Notes under the pieces: generated by a model
Told to the model about the DNA's origin: nothing
Seen by the model: only the letters and a program-made list of their open reading frames with translations
The model's database searches: none
Shown here: positions 1 through 8,726 of the stretch, piece after piece
How positions within the stretch are numbered: the first letter of the stretch is position 1
Layout of the letters: every line of letters starts with the position of its first letter
From: a bacterium
GTDB taxonomy: Bacteria; Zhuqueibacterota; Zhuqueibacteria; Zhuqueibacterales; Zhuqueibacteraceae
Assembly (NCBI GenBank): GCA_044869275.1
Contig: JBIOXB010000092.1
Span: 1-56,812 of the forward strand
Length of the DNA: 56,812 nt
Direction: 5' to 3'
Position numbers and translations under genes: made by a program

Positions 1-15
1 CCAACGGACTCACTA

Positions 16-21
16 TGTCAA
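16..21 (-). promoter_or_regulatory. -35 box TTGACA in the element right end (half of the circle-junction promoter)
   Basis: Plus TGTCAA at 16-21 is a perfect TTGACA on minus, pointing out of the element. Confidence 0.75.
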
Positions 22-40
22 GTTAAAAATCAGCTTTTTT

Positions 41-1270
41 TTAATTTTGGTTTTGATTGGCGATGAGATGTTTGGCCATTTGTGCCAAGAAGAGATTTTC
101 ATCATAACAAGTTCTGTTCTGCCACATGGCGAAGAGAATGCGCAAATGCAAGTTTGCTAAACAGCGCAGGGCGTGGCTGTGGCTTTTACCGCGATTGCGG
201 TGTTTTTGATAGTAAGCCTTCGCCCACGTGGCTTGAGCGAGCGAGCTAAACGCAAGATGCTGCATCACATCGCGATAGAATTTGTTGCAGGCGCGGCGAT
301 AGTAGATGATTTTGAAGTCGTTCCCACTTTTTTCAGTGACCGGGCAGGTTCCGGCTAAACCCTGCAGCTCGCTGACTGCAGCATAGCGGGCGCGATTATC
401 ACCGAAGAGCGCCAGCAAGCGTGCGGCGGTCAGATATGAGGCACCCGGATAGCTGAGAAAAATCTGGCCATCGGGATGCTGAGTTACCAGTTGCTGTAAA
501 CGGGTGGCATAAGTTTCAAGATCGGTTGCTAATGCCAGCAATTGTTTGGCACACAACAACGCTTTGAGCTGTTTGACGCGAATAAGCACGCCGGGAACAG
601 GCAGATGCTTTTGGTGAAGCAACTGATAAATGTTGACGATGGTGTTGTGATTGCGCAAATGATGTTCTTTGAAAAACGCGGCTAATTGTTGTTGCGACAG
701 TTCACGAGCAGAATCAAAATCCGGATACGCCTGCAGAAAGGCCAGGGCATTAGCGCAGGCGACATTCGCGAAAAAGTCGATATACTCCGGATAGTATTCC
801 TTCAACGTCGAACGCAGACTATTACTCAACGCCACTTGCCACGCAGTGGCGTCATGATGCGCTTGTGCCAAAAGACGAATTTCGCGCACGGCGGGCGAGC
901 CAAAGTCCACTGGCCGCCAACAGGCCGTATCCGTGCGCAACACGTCGGCGATGACGAAGGCATCGAAGTCGTCATCGCGCGCGCCACTGGAACGATAGCG
1001 CTTGCGAAAGCTTTTCATGGAACCAGGAAACATCGCCCAGACCGCATAGCCGGAGTCGAGCAGAAAATCCACGACCAACTGATTCGGCGTTTCGATACCG
1101 ATTTTAAAGGCCGCGAGATCTTCCGAGCATTGGCGGAGTTGAGAGCGAAGCTGTTCAAAACCGGCAACATTATTTTTGATGGTGAGCTTTCCTACGATAA
1201 GCGTGCCGTGTTCGTCTAAAATTTTGACGTCATGTTTTTGATCAGCCCAATCAATCCCGACATAGTACAA
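41..1270 (-). CDS. IS110 family transposase/recombinase
   Basis: 409 aa; N-terminal RuvC-like DEDD motifs (GIDWADQKH, GIETP, RDDDFDA); C-terminal domain with GTCPVTEKSG serine motif; GGAG 6 nt before the TTG start. Confidence 0.95.
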   Translation of the reverse strand: MYYVGIDWADQKHDVKILDEHGTLIVGKLTIKNNVAGFEQLRSQLRQCSEDLAAFKIGIETPNQLVVDFLLDSGYAVWAMFPGSMKSFRKRYRSSGARDDDFDAFVIADVLRTDTACWRPVDFGSPAVREIRLLAQAHHDATAWQVALSNSLRSTLKEYYPEYIDFFANVACANALAFLQAYPDFDSARELSQQQLAAFFKEHHLRNHNTIVNIYQLLHQKHLPVPGVLIRVKQLKALLCAKQLLALATDLETYATRLQQLVTQHPDGQIFLSYPGASYLTAARLLALFGDNRARYAAVSELQGLAGTCPVTEKSGNDFKIIYYRRACNKFYRDVMQHLAFSSLAQATWAKAYYQKHRNRGKSHSHALRCLANLHLRILFAMWQNRTCYDENLFLAQMAKHLIANQNQN

Positions 1271-1292
1271 GATAGGCTCCCGGTGATTTAAT

Positions 1293-1448
1293 CTCTGAAA
1301 GAAGGAGAAGCCGACTTAATCCTATATTGGCCCTCGAAGGGCGGCTCACTATGGAAGTTTGCGCTTCTTGTGCGAAACCTTGAGGCACTCCGTTGGTGGT
1401 GGTCGAGCCACGGGATTAAAATGGCCTTCAAAGTTCCGTCCTTCAGAG
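1293..1448 (-). ncRNA. putative bridge RNA (target-binding and donor-binding loops)
   Basis: Terminal stem 1293-1300/1441-1448; two internal loops, each around a 4-bp hairpin with a YUCGA loop (1399-1411, 1330-1342); flanking segments match 1-8 (8/8), 2631-2639 (7/9), 9-17 (9/9) and 2626-2633 (8/8). Confidence 0.8.
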
Positions 1449-1454
1449 CAAGTT

Positions 1455-1871
1455 TCAAGCTTCGTTGTCGTGGCGGAGATGTTGCAGAATGGTTTTAAGA
1501 CTTTGAAAATCTTGCGTTGCGAAACGATGGAACTGGCCGCGTGCAGTTACTGGCACCGGCGCTGGTTCGGGTAAAGACAACACCTGAAAAATGCCATTTT
1601 GATAAGCGATGAACGAACACTCACAGAGATGATTGCGGGCGCGCACATAGTCGTCGACTTCCATTTTGAGAAATTGACAAATGCGCTCGTAATCGTAAAA
1701 ACTCACGCCGTTGCGATCGGCGACGGTGATCAGAAAATAATACAACAGCAATTCTTCTTGCGCGAGCCGATGGAGAAAACCGCGATGCAAGAAGTTGTGA
1801 TCAATCCAGCCGAAGGTGCATTGGCGAATGTTACGAATACGCTCAGGACAAATGGGGCTTGCGCTACGCAT
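1455..1871 (-). CDS. accessory winged-helix protein, replication-initiator-like; hypothetical
   Basis: 138 aa; LLYYFLITVADRNGVSFYDYERICQFLKM..DYVRARNHL..CSFI fits the HTH_36/phage replication-initiator N-terminal pattern by eye. Confidence 0.65.
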   Translation of the reverse strand: MRSASPICPERIRNIRQCTFGWIDHNFLHRGFLHRLAQEELLLYYFLITVADRNGVSFYDYERICQFLKMEVDDYVRARNHLCECSFIAYQNGIFQVLSLPEPAPVPVTARGQFHRFATQDFQSLKTILQHLRHDNEA

Positions 1872-1956
1872 CGTGCGTGCTCCGATCAGAAGGATGCAAG
1901 TGATGACCTTGGTCGTGACAGCCTCAAGATAAGAACAAAACGTGCGTCAAATCAAT

Positions 1957-2142
1957 CGCGTCCATTTTTACAATCACGCCGCAGCTGCGCCCGGAAACGC
2001 GTTATCGCCTTGAAAAACTTGAAGTGCGACCAACAACGCGTCCATTTTTACAATCTTGGCGGAGGCCTCCAGTGAACAGGGTGTCAACAAATAAGTGCCT
2101 GATTTGACAGGGTGATAGGAGAACGCGTCCATTTTTACAATC
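1957..2142 (+). repeat. three identical 19-bp direct repeats CGCGTCCATTTTTACAATC
   Basis: Copies at 1957-1975, 2037-2055 and 2124-2142; the last two extend to 23 bp identity. Confidence 0.95.
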
Positions 2143-2465
2143 TTTTCGCCAGCCACGGACGTGTTCTGGAGTCGGCGCTGGTAGTTGCGAAGGCGCTGCT
2201 GTTCGCGATTTTTCTGAACGTACTCGGGATGGTGATCGCGATATTCTTTCTGATAGCGGTGCAGGGGGCGCTTACGCCGCCATAGTTTCAGCGCTGTTCT
2301 TTGATGGGCGCGATAGCAGGGGTGCGCCGACAAGTTTTCTCTTTGCCAGAGACGTTTGCGTTCACGTTGACACGCCTCGTCACTGCAAAACTTTTGTTCG
2401 CCTTTAAGGCGCGGGTTCGCTGGCTTTTCCAAGCGGCAGTTTTGGCACCGAATGGTCAGTAGCAT
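1974..2465 (-). CDS. accessory Zn-finger, Arg/Lys-rich hypothetical protein
   Basis: ATG at 2465 after GGAGAG; CQNC...FCSDEAC motif, basic helical region, KIVKMDA twice. Confidence 0.7.
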   Translation of the reverse strand: MLLTIRCQNCRLEKPANPRLKGEQKFCSDEACQRERKRLWQRENLSAHPCYRAHQRTALKLWRRKRPLHRYQKEYRDHHPEYVQKNREQQRLRNYQRRLQNTSVAGEKIVKMDAFSYHPVKSGTYLLTPCSLEASAKIVKMDALLVALQVFQGDNAFPGAAAA

Positions 2466-2617
2466 CGAGGCTCTCTCCAAAATATGAGAGCTCAATCAAA
2501 GCTTCTGATGCTGAAGCGCAAGACCAACCCGAAACAAACGGATCAACAACAAAGCACGGTTTTCAAAGAACAAGAATAACAGACAAGTTAGATTAATTTC
2601 CCTGAATGACCTGGATC

Positions 2618-2626
2618 AAGATAACA
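2618..2626 (-). promoter_or_regulatory. extended -10 box TGnTATCTT in the element left end
   Basis: Plus AAGATAACA is TGTTATCTT on minus; lies exactly 17 nt from TTGACA after end-joining through the TCC core. Confidence 0.65.
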
Positions 2627-2755
2627 TATAGGATCGAAAGACGACCAACGGACTCAAAATAGAATCCGTTAGGCAGTTTTTGTTTTGAAACTACCCCAAA
2701 GGGGTCCTGTTTTCAGCTCGATGAACAATCCCGTGTCGCATTTATCAGATTGAAT

Positions 2756-3019
2756 ATGCACGAATACTCTCTCATCAACGATCTGATGCGCAAGCTGGGG
2801 ATCATTGCCAGCATGCATCACACCCAGAAAATTCTCGGGGTAAAGATCAAGCTGGGCGCGTGGGCACACATTTCCCCGGATCATTTGCGCGAGCACTTTG
2901 TGCAGGCCGCGCGCGGCACTGCGGCGGAAAGCGCGCGGCTGGAGATCGAAGTGTTGACTGACACCTTCGATCGCCATGCGCAGGAAATCATTTTGGACAG
3001 CGTCGAAATCGAGGACTAA
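2756..3019 (+). CDS. hypA: hydrogenase maturation nickel metallochaperone HypA (short, Cys-free)
   Basis: MHEYSL N-terminus and EIILDSVEIE C-terminus; directly upstream of hypF. Confidence 0.8.
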   Translation: MHEYSLINDLMRKLGIIASMHHTQKILGVKIKLGAWAHISPDHLREHFVQAARGTAAESARLEIEVLTDTFDRHAQEIILDSVEIED

Positions 3020-3022
3020 GTC

Positions 3023-5509
3023 ATGCCCGCAGCTCTTCTTCACGCACGCCCTGCGGGGAGGCGTGAAGGGCCAATCCTGCGTCTGCGCATTGTAATCCGC
3101 GGCGCCGTGCAGGGCGTGGGATTTCGCCCTTTTGTTCACCGGCTGGCGCGCAGTTTGGGCTTGACGGGCTGGGTTTGCAATTCCACACAGGGCGTTTTCA
3201 TCGAAGTCGAAGGCAGCCAAACTCAACTGGACACGCTGCTGTTGCGCGTGACCACGGAACTGCCGGCGCGCGCATTCATTCAGAGTTTGGAATCATCCTT
3301 TCTCGATCCCCAAGGCTACACTTCTTTCGAGATTCGCGAAAGTCTCCCCGCGGGAGATATCGCGGCGCTCATCCTTCCCGATATTGCCACCTGCTCTGAT
3401 TGTCTCGAAGAAATAATCGATCCGGCCAATCGCCGTTATCAGTATCCCTTCACCAACTGTACGCACTGTGGCCCGCGCTTCAGCATCATCACCGCCCTGC
3501 CCTATGACCGTTGCCACACCACGATGAGAGATTTCGTGATGTGCGCATCATGCCGGGCGGAATACGGCGATCCCGATGATCGCCGCTTCCACGCGCAGCC
3601 CAATGCCTGCCCGGCGTGCGGGCCGCATCTCGAATTGTGGAATCACGAGGGCTTGGTGCTGGCAGCGCAACATGAAGCTTTGCTCGCCGCGGCCGAGGCG
3701 CTTTTGCGAGGGCAGATCGTCGCCATGAAAGGCCTGGGCGGATTTCAGTTGCTGGCCGACGCGCGCAATGAGGAAACGGTGCAGCGACTGCGCCGGCGCA
3801 AACATCGCGAAGAGAAGCCCTTGGCGTTGATGTATCCGAACCTCGACCTGGCGCGTGCGCATTGTGAAATCTCGGATCAGGAAAAACGCCTGCTGCTTTC
3901 GCCCGAATCCCCCGTCATTCTTCTGCCTCGCAAAAAATGTGATTCACGGTCCGCAAGCCGTCATTCAAATTGCGAGATCGCGCCGGCTGTCGCGCCGCAT
4001 AATCCTTATTTTGGTGTCATGCTGCCTTACACACCATTGCATCATCTGCTGATGGCTGAGTTGAGAATTCCGCTCGTGGCCACCAGCGGCAATCTCTCCG
4101 ATGAGCCAATTTGTATAGACGAACGTGAGGCGTTGCCACGGCTTGGCGGCATTGCAGATCTGTTTCTCGTGCACAATCGCCCGATTGCGCGGCATGTGGA
4201 TGACTCCATCGTGCGCCTGATGATGGGGCGCGAGTTGGTGTTGCGGCGAGCGCGCGGCTATGCACCCCTGCCCGTCAATCTGCAACAACCAGTGCCTGTG
4301 ATTTTAGCTGTGGGCGCGCATAAGAAAAATACCATTGCATTCGCCGCCGGCGGCCAAGTCTTTGCCAGCCAGCATATCGGTGATTTGGAAACCGCGCAAG
4401 CTTTCGCGGCTTTTCGCTGCGTGATCGCTGATTTCGAACGGCTTTATGAGATTCGCCCCGTTGCCATCGCCTGCGACCAGCATCCTGAATATCTTTCCAG
4501 CAAGTTTGCGCGGCAGTACGAGAATGCGGGGCCGGCAGGCCGTTTGTCCAGCGCACAGAATGGCGCATCCAAAAAGATGAGGGTTATCGAAATCCAGCAT
4601 CACTTTGCTCATGTGGCCGCATGCATGGCCGAAAACCAGCTCGAAGGGCCGGTGTTGGGGGTCTCATGGGATGGCACCGGCTACGGGCTTGATGGCAGCA
4701 TTTGGGGCGGAGAATTCTTGCGGGCAACGGATACAAGTTTCGAACGCGTGGCGCATGTGCGCACCTTTCGCCTTCCCGGCGGGGAACGAGCCATCAAAGA
4801 ACCGCGCCGTGCCGCGCTCGGCTTGCTCTATGAGCTCTTCGGCGATGCGGTTTTTGCCCATCAGGAATGGGCGCCGGTGCGCGCTTTTTCCGCACCGGAG
4901 CTCGCCGTCATGCGCAAAATGCTCGAGCACAAACTCAATACCCCGCTCACTTCCAGCGCTGGACGGCTTTTCGACGTGATTGCATCTGTGATTGGATTGC
5001 GACAACAAACGAAGTTTGAAGGGCAGGCAGCAATGGAGCTGGAATTTGCATTGGAAGGATGCGAAACGGAAGCAAAATACCCGGTGCAGATTACGAACGG
5101 CCGAAACCGGATTGCGGGTGCGATGACACGCCAGCACGATGCCGAAATGCAAAATCAAAAGCCCGCCACCATCATTGATTGGGCACCCATGGTGCAGCTA
5201 ATTCTGCACGAAGTGCAAGACGAAATTCCGGCCGCGCAGATTTCGGCAAAGTTCCACAATACACTTGTCGAGGCGATCGTGCAAGTGGCGCAATATGCCG
5301 GCGAGGAACGAATCGTGCTGAGCGGTGGTTGTTTTCAGAATAAATATCTGACCGAGCGTGCGATCCGCCGTTTGCGCCAAGAGGGCTTCCGCCCCTACTG
5401 GCACCAACGCTTTCCGCCGAACGACGGCGGGATTGCGCTGGGTCAGGCGATCGCAGCCGCGCGGGGAGAGCAAAAACAAAAAGCAAAAAGCAAAGAGCAA
5501 AGCGCATAG
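3023..5509 (+). CDS. hypF: carbamoyltransferase HypF
   Basis: Acylphosphatase GAVQGVGFRPFV, Zn fingers CTHCGPR and HAQPNACPACGP, QHHFAH, PPNDGGIALGQ. Confidence 0.97.
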   Translation: MPAALLHARPAGRREGPILRLRIVIRGAVQGVGFRPFVHRLARSLGLTGWVCNSTQGVFIEVEGSQTQLDTLLLRVTTELPARAFIQSLESSFLDPQGYTSFEIRESLPAGDIAALILPDIATCSDCLEEIIDPANRRYQYPFTNCTHCGPRFSIITALPYDRCHTTMRDFVMCASCRAEYGDPDDRRFHAQPNACPACGPHLELWNHEGLVLAAQHEALLAAAEALLRGQIVAMKGLGGFQLLADARNEETVQRLRRRKHREEKPLALMYPNLDLARAHCEISDQEKRLLLSPESPVILLPRKKCDSRSASRHSNCEIAPAVAPHNPYFGVMLPYTPLHHLLMAELRIPLVATSGNLSDEPICIDEREALPRLGGIADLFLVHNRPIARHVDDSIVRLMMGRELVLRRARGYAPLPVNLQQPVPVILAVGAHKKNTIAFAAGGQVFASQHIGDLETAQAFAAFRCVIADFERLYEIRPVAIACDQHPEYLSSKFARQYENAGPAGRLSSAQNGASKKMRVIEIQHHFAHVAACMAENQLEGPVLGVSWDGTGYGLDGSIWGGEFLRATDTSFERVAHVRTFRLPGGERAIKEPRRAALGLLYELFGDAVFAHQEWAPVRAFSAPELAVMRKMLEHKLNTPLTSSAGRLFDVIASVIGLRQQTKFEGQAAMELEFALEGCETEAKYPVQITNGRNRIAGAMTRQHDAEMQNQKPATIIDWAPMVQLILHEVQDEIPAAQISAKFHNTLVEAIVQVAQYAGEERIVLSGGCFQNKYLTERAIRRLRQEGFRPYWHQRFPPNDGGIALGQAIAAARGEQKQKAKSKEQSA

Positions 5510-5578
5510 GGCATTTGTGCTTTGTGTTTTGTGCTTTGCCCTTGGGTCCTGTAACGTTGTTTGCATCGAGTGAATGCC

Positions 5579-5833
5579 ATGTGTCTCGCAGTACCAGGAA
5601 AGCTGACCAGCATCAGCGGCGAGGAACCGCTGGTGCGCACGGGAAAAGTGAGCTTCGGCGGCATCATCAAAGAAGTCAACCTGGCTTGTGTTCCCGAGGC
5701 GAAAATCGGAGATTATGTGCTCGTGCACGTCGGATTTGCCCTCGGCACTCTTGACGAAGCGGAAGCGCGCCGTGTGTTCGACTATTTGGAGCAAATGGGC
5801 GAGCTGAAGGAAATGGAAGCTGGTCCCACATGA
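5579..5833 (+). CDS. hypC: hydrogenase assembly chaperone HypC
   Basis: MCLAVPG start, [11 protein letters not shown]. Confidence 0.97.
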   Translation: MCLAVPGKLTSISGEEPLVRTGKVSFGGIIKEVNLACVPEAKIGDYVLVHVGFALGTLDEAEARRVFDYLEQMGELKEMEAGPT

Positions 5834-6921
5834 AGTTTGTCGACGAATACCGCGACCCCGAATCCGCGCGGCGCTACGCCGAAGCGATCGCCCGTTTGAC
5901 GACCAAGCCATGGACGATCATGGAAATCTGCGGCGGACAGACGCATGCCATCGTCAGATTCGGGGTGGACCAGCTTTTGCCTAAGGAAATCACCTTGGTG
6001 CACGGGCCCGGATGCCCGGTATGCGTCACGCCGGTGGAGCTCATCGACAAAGCTATTACCCTTGCCTCGCAGCCCGAAGTTATCTTCTGTTCCTTTGGAG
6101 ACATGCTGCGCGTGCCGGGAACGGAACAGGACCTGCTCACGGTCAAAGCCTGCGGGGGTGACGTTCGCATCTTGTATTCGCCCCTGGAAGCGCTGAGTAT
6201 CGCGCGTGCTTCTCCAAACAAACAGGTGGTCTTTTTTGCCGTGGGCTTCGAGACGACGGCGCCGGCGAATGCGATGGCGGTCTATCAAGCGCATGCGCAG
6301 GGGATCAAGAATCTTTCCATGTTGGTATCACACGTGCTCGTGCCGCCGGCCATGACCATGCTGCTCTCGTCACCGCACAATCGCGTGCAAGGCTTCCTGG
6401 CGGCCGGCCACGTTTGCACGGTCATGGGCTACAGCGAGTACGAACCGATGGCAAAAAAATATCACATCCCCATTGTCGTCACCGGCTTTGAGCCGCTGGA
6501 TATTCTGCAAGGAGTGTACATGTGTGTCAAGCAATTGGAAGAAGGCCGAGCGGCAGTTGAAAACCAGTACTCTCGCTCCGTGCGCCGGCAGGGCAATGAA
6601 ACGGCGCAACGGCTCATACGCGAAGTGTTTCGCGTTGTGCCCCGCACCTGGCGCGGTCTCGGCGAGATTCAACATAGCGGATTGGCCTTGCGTAAGAAAT
6701 ACTCAGACTACGATGCCGAGCTGCACTGGGGTCTCACGCATCAAAACGTGGAAGAATCTCCGGATTGCCTCAGCGGCCTCGTTTTGCAGGGTATAAAAAA
6801 GCCTCACGAGTGCCCTGCCTTTGGCGGGCGATGTACGCCGGAACATCCGCTGGGTGCAACCATGGTGTCGTCGGAAGGCGCATGCGCAGCTTATCATCGC
6901 TACAGAAGGACTAAAGCGTAA
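5830..6921 (+). CDS. hypD: hydrogenase formation protein HypD
   Basis: [31 protein letters not shown]. Confidence 0.97.
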   Translation: MKFVDEYRDPESARRYAEAIARLTTKPWTIMEICGGQTHAIVRFGVDQLLPKEITLVHGPGCPVCVTPVELIDKAITLASQPEVIFCSFGDMLRVPGTEQDLLTVKACGGDVRILYSPLEALSIARASPNKQVVFFAVGFETTAPANAMAVYQAHAQGIKNLSMLVSHVLVPPAMTMLLSSPHNRVQGFLAAGHVCTVMGYSEYEPMAKKYHIPIVVTGFEPLDILQGVYMCVKQLEEGRAAVENQYSRSVRRQGNETAQRLIREVFRVVPRTWRGLGEIQHSGLALRKKYSDYDAELHWGLTHQNVEESPDCLSGLVLQGIKKPHECPAFGGRCTPEHPLGATMVSSEGACAAYHRYRRTKA

Positions 6922-7311
6922 AGCAAAACCGAACGAGCCGGAACCCAAAAGAATTTGTCGCCCACGAAAGCGGAATTCCCACGGAAATGAAAAGTTTTTT
7001 TCGTGGCAGTTCCATTTCCGTGGGAGAAAGTTTTTGCTTTTTTTTTACAGAGAGTGCACTTGTAACTGACTACACCAGTTTTCTGTTGAGCTGAAAACAG
7101 AAGCCACTGCGTGGCCGCTTCTTTTTCGACAGGATTTACAAGGCAAACAAGATTGATCGTCATCTTGTAAATCTTGTTTATCCTGTCAAAAAGTCTTCAG
7201 AATTTTATTCTGAGCTTATGTCGCTAAGCGCGTAATGCGCAATGTTTGACGCCCAATGTCGCTTTACGCGTTACGTTTCACGCTCTACTTGTCGAACCTA
7301 GGAAACTGATC

Positions 7312-8373
7312 ATGGCAGACAAAACCTCTCTCGACCACGGGTTGTCATGCCCGATTCCAATCGCACGCTATCCGAACGTGCTGCTGGCTCACGGCGGCGG
7401 TGGCACGCTCATGCATCAGCTTATTGAGCAGATGTTCGTCCCGGCCTTCCAGAGTTCCTTTCCGCAAATACGGCACGACGGAGCAGTCTTCACTCTCAAT
7501 GGGGCGAAACTGGCGTTCACGACCGATTCCTATGTCGTGCGCCCGCTCTTTTTCCCCGGTGGTGACATTGGCAGCCTGGCGGTCAACGGCACGGTGAATG
7601 ATTTGGCCATGTGCGGCGCGCGGCCGCTTTTTCTCAGCGCCGGCTTCATTATCGAAGAAGGCCTGCCCATGGAAACTCTGTGGCGCGTGGTGCAGTCCAT
7701 GCGGCTCGCCGCACAAGCTGCCGGCGTTCAGATTGTCACCGGCGACACCAAAGTTGTGGATAAAGGCAAAGGCGATGGCATTTTCATCAACACCGCTGGC
7801 GTGGGAATAAGGGAACACGACTTGAACATCGCACCGGCAAGCATCCGGCCTGGCGACGCCATATTGCTCAACGGCGATCTTGGGCGGCATGGCATTGCGA
7901 TCATGGCGGTGCGCGAAGGCTTGCGCTTCCAGAGCGCGATCACGAGCGATGCTGCGCCGCTCGCCGGGCTGGTGCTGGCATTGCTGCAGGCGGGGATCGA
8001 AGTGCACTGCTTGCGCGATCTCACGCGCGGTGGATTGGCGAGCGCGTTGAATGAGATCGCCGAGACCGCGCATCTACACCTCAATCTCGAGGAAAGCGCC
8101 ATTCCCATTGGCGAAGAGGTGCGGGGTGCGTGTGAAATCCTCGGGCTGGATCCACTTTACGCGGCCAACGAAGGAAGATTCGTCGCTTTTGTTGATCAAG
8201 CGGACGTCGCGCGTGTACTCGCGCTCATGCGCGCACAACCAATTGGCGCTGCCGCCTGCCGCATCGGCACGGTGACGGCGGGTTCCCCTGGCCTAGTCAC
8301 GATGAAAAGCACGATTGGCGCGCAACGCATTGTGGACATGTTGTGCGGGGAACAATTGCCCCGTATTTGTTGA
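7312..8373 (+). CDS. hypE: hydrogenase expression/formation protein HypE
   Basis: AHGGGG, GDTKVV, DLTRGG, C-terminal LPRIC. Confidence 0.97.
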   Translation: MADKTSLDHGLSCPIPIARYPNVLLAHGGGGTLMHQLIEQMFVPAFQSSFPQIRHDGAVFTLNGAKLAFTTDSYVVRPLFFPGGDIGSLAVNGTVNDLAMCGARPLFLSAGFIIEEGLPMETLWRVVQSMRLAAQAAGVQIVTGDTKVVDKGKGDGIFINTAGVGIREHDLNIAPASIRPGDAILLNGDLGRHGIAIMAVREGLRFQSAITSDAAPLAGLVLALLQAGIEVHCLRDLTRGGLASALNEIAETAHLHLNLEESAIPIGEEVRGACEILGLDPLYAANEGRFVAFVDQADVARVLALMRAQPIGAAACRIGTVTAGSPGLVTMKSTIGAQRIVDMLCGEQLPRIC

Positions 8374-8418
8374 GGCTCTGGCACAAAGCGAAGCTTCGCC
8401 GAAAGGAGCACATGTGAT

Positions 8419-8551
8419 TTCCCAATTTTGCGAACCTCGATCTTTTCTTTTCTTATGCTTGGGAAAAACAGTCTAGCCCTACCGTATTCTCCCGCCTATG
8501 TCTTTGATATTTCACGTCCAAACTTTTCATTTTTCGGGCATGAAAATTGTC
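8419..8551 (+). promoter_or_regulatory. candidate sigma54-type promoter with paired palindromic upstream sites
   Basis: TTCCCA-N4-TGCGAA 8419-8434, TTCTTA-N4-TGGGAA 8450-8465, GGCATGAAAATTGT at 8537. Confidence 0.5.
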
Positions 8552-8726
8552 TCATCTACAAAGTAAGACAGTAAGGTGTGCTGCATATATGGCTCGGCCT
8601 CGTGTTGAGCCAGAGTTACCTCCGCGTCGAAGGCACGGGCCACCAAATGTTTTTTCCCTCCCACGGTGGCCCGTGTTTTTTTTGCGGTGAACGTAATGCT
8701 GCAACCAGTTCCGGGAGTAACGCGCC

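Larger units (their letters stand above)
6..2633 (-). mobile_element. IS110-family (bridge recombinase) element with two accessory ORFs and internal bridge RNA
   Basis: IS110 recombinase at 41-1270; identical 3-nt core (plus GGA, minus TCC) at 6-8 and 2631-2633; guide-like segments at 1320-1421 match both ends and both flanks; joining the ends gives TTGACA-17nt-TATCTT. Confidence 0.85.

Noticed and set aside
1957..2142. 19-bp repeats as a CRISPR array
   Set aside because: Only three short non-palindromic copies, 61- and 68-nt spacers, mostly inside a CDS, and no cas genes.
1..2656. 12-bp direct repeat CCAACGGACTCA (1-12, 2645-2656) as a target-site duplication defining the element ends
   Set aside because: IS110 elements generally do not make long TSDs. 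Joining at this repeat gives no -10 box, whereas the end at 2633 fits both the donor guide and the promoter spacing.
2631..2674. Bona fide integron attC site
   Set aside because: The reconstructed site is only about 51 bp, its left core is cut by the window edge, and no integrase or cassette array is visible. Kept only as a hypothesis.
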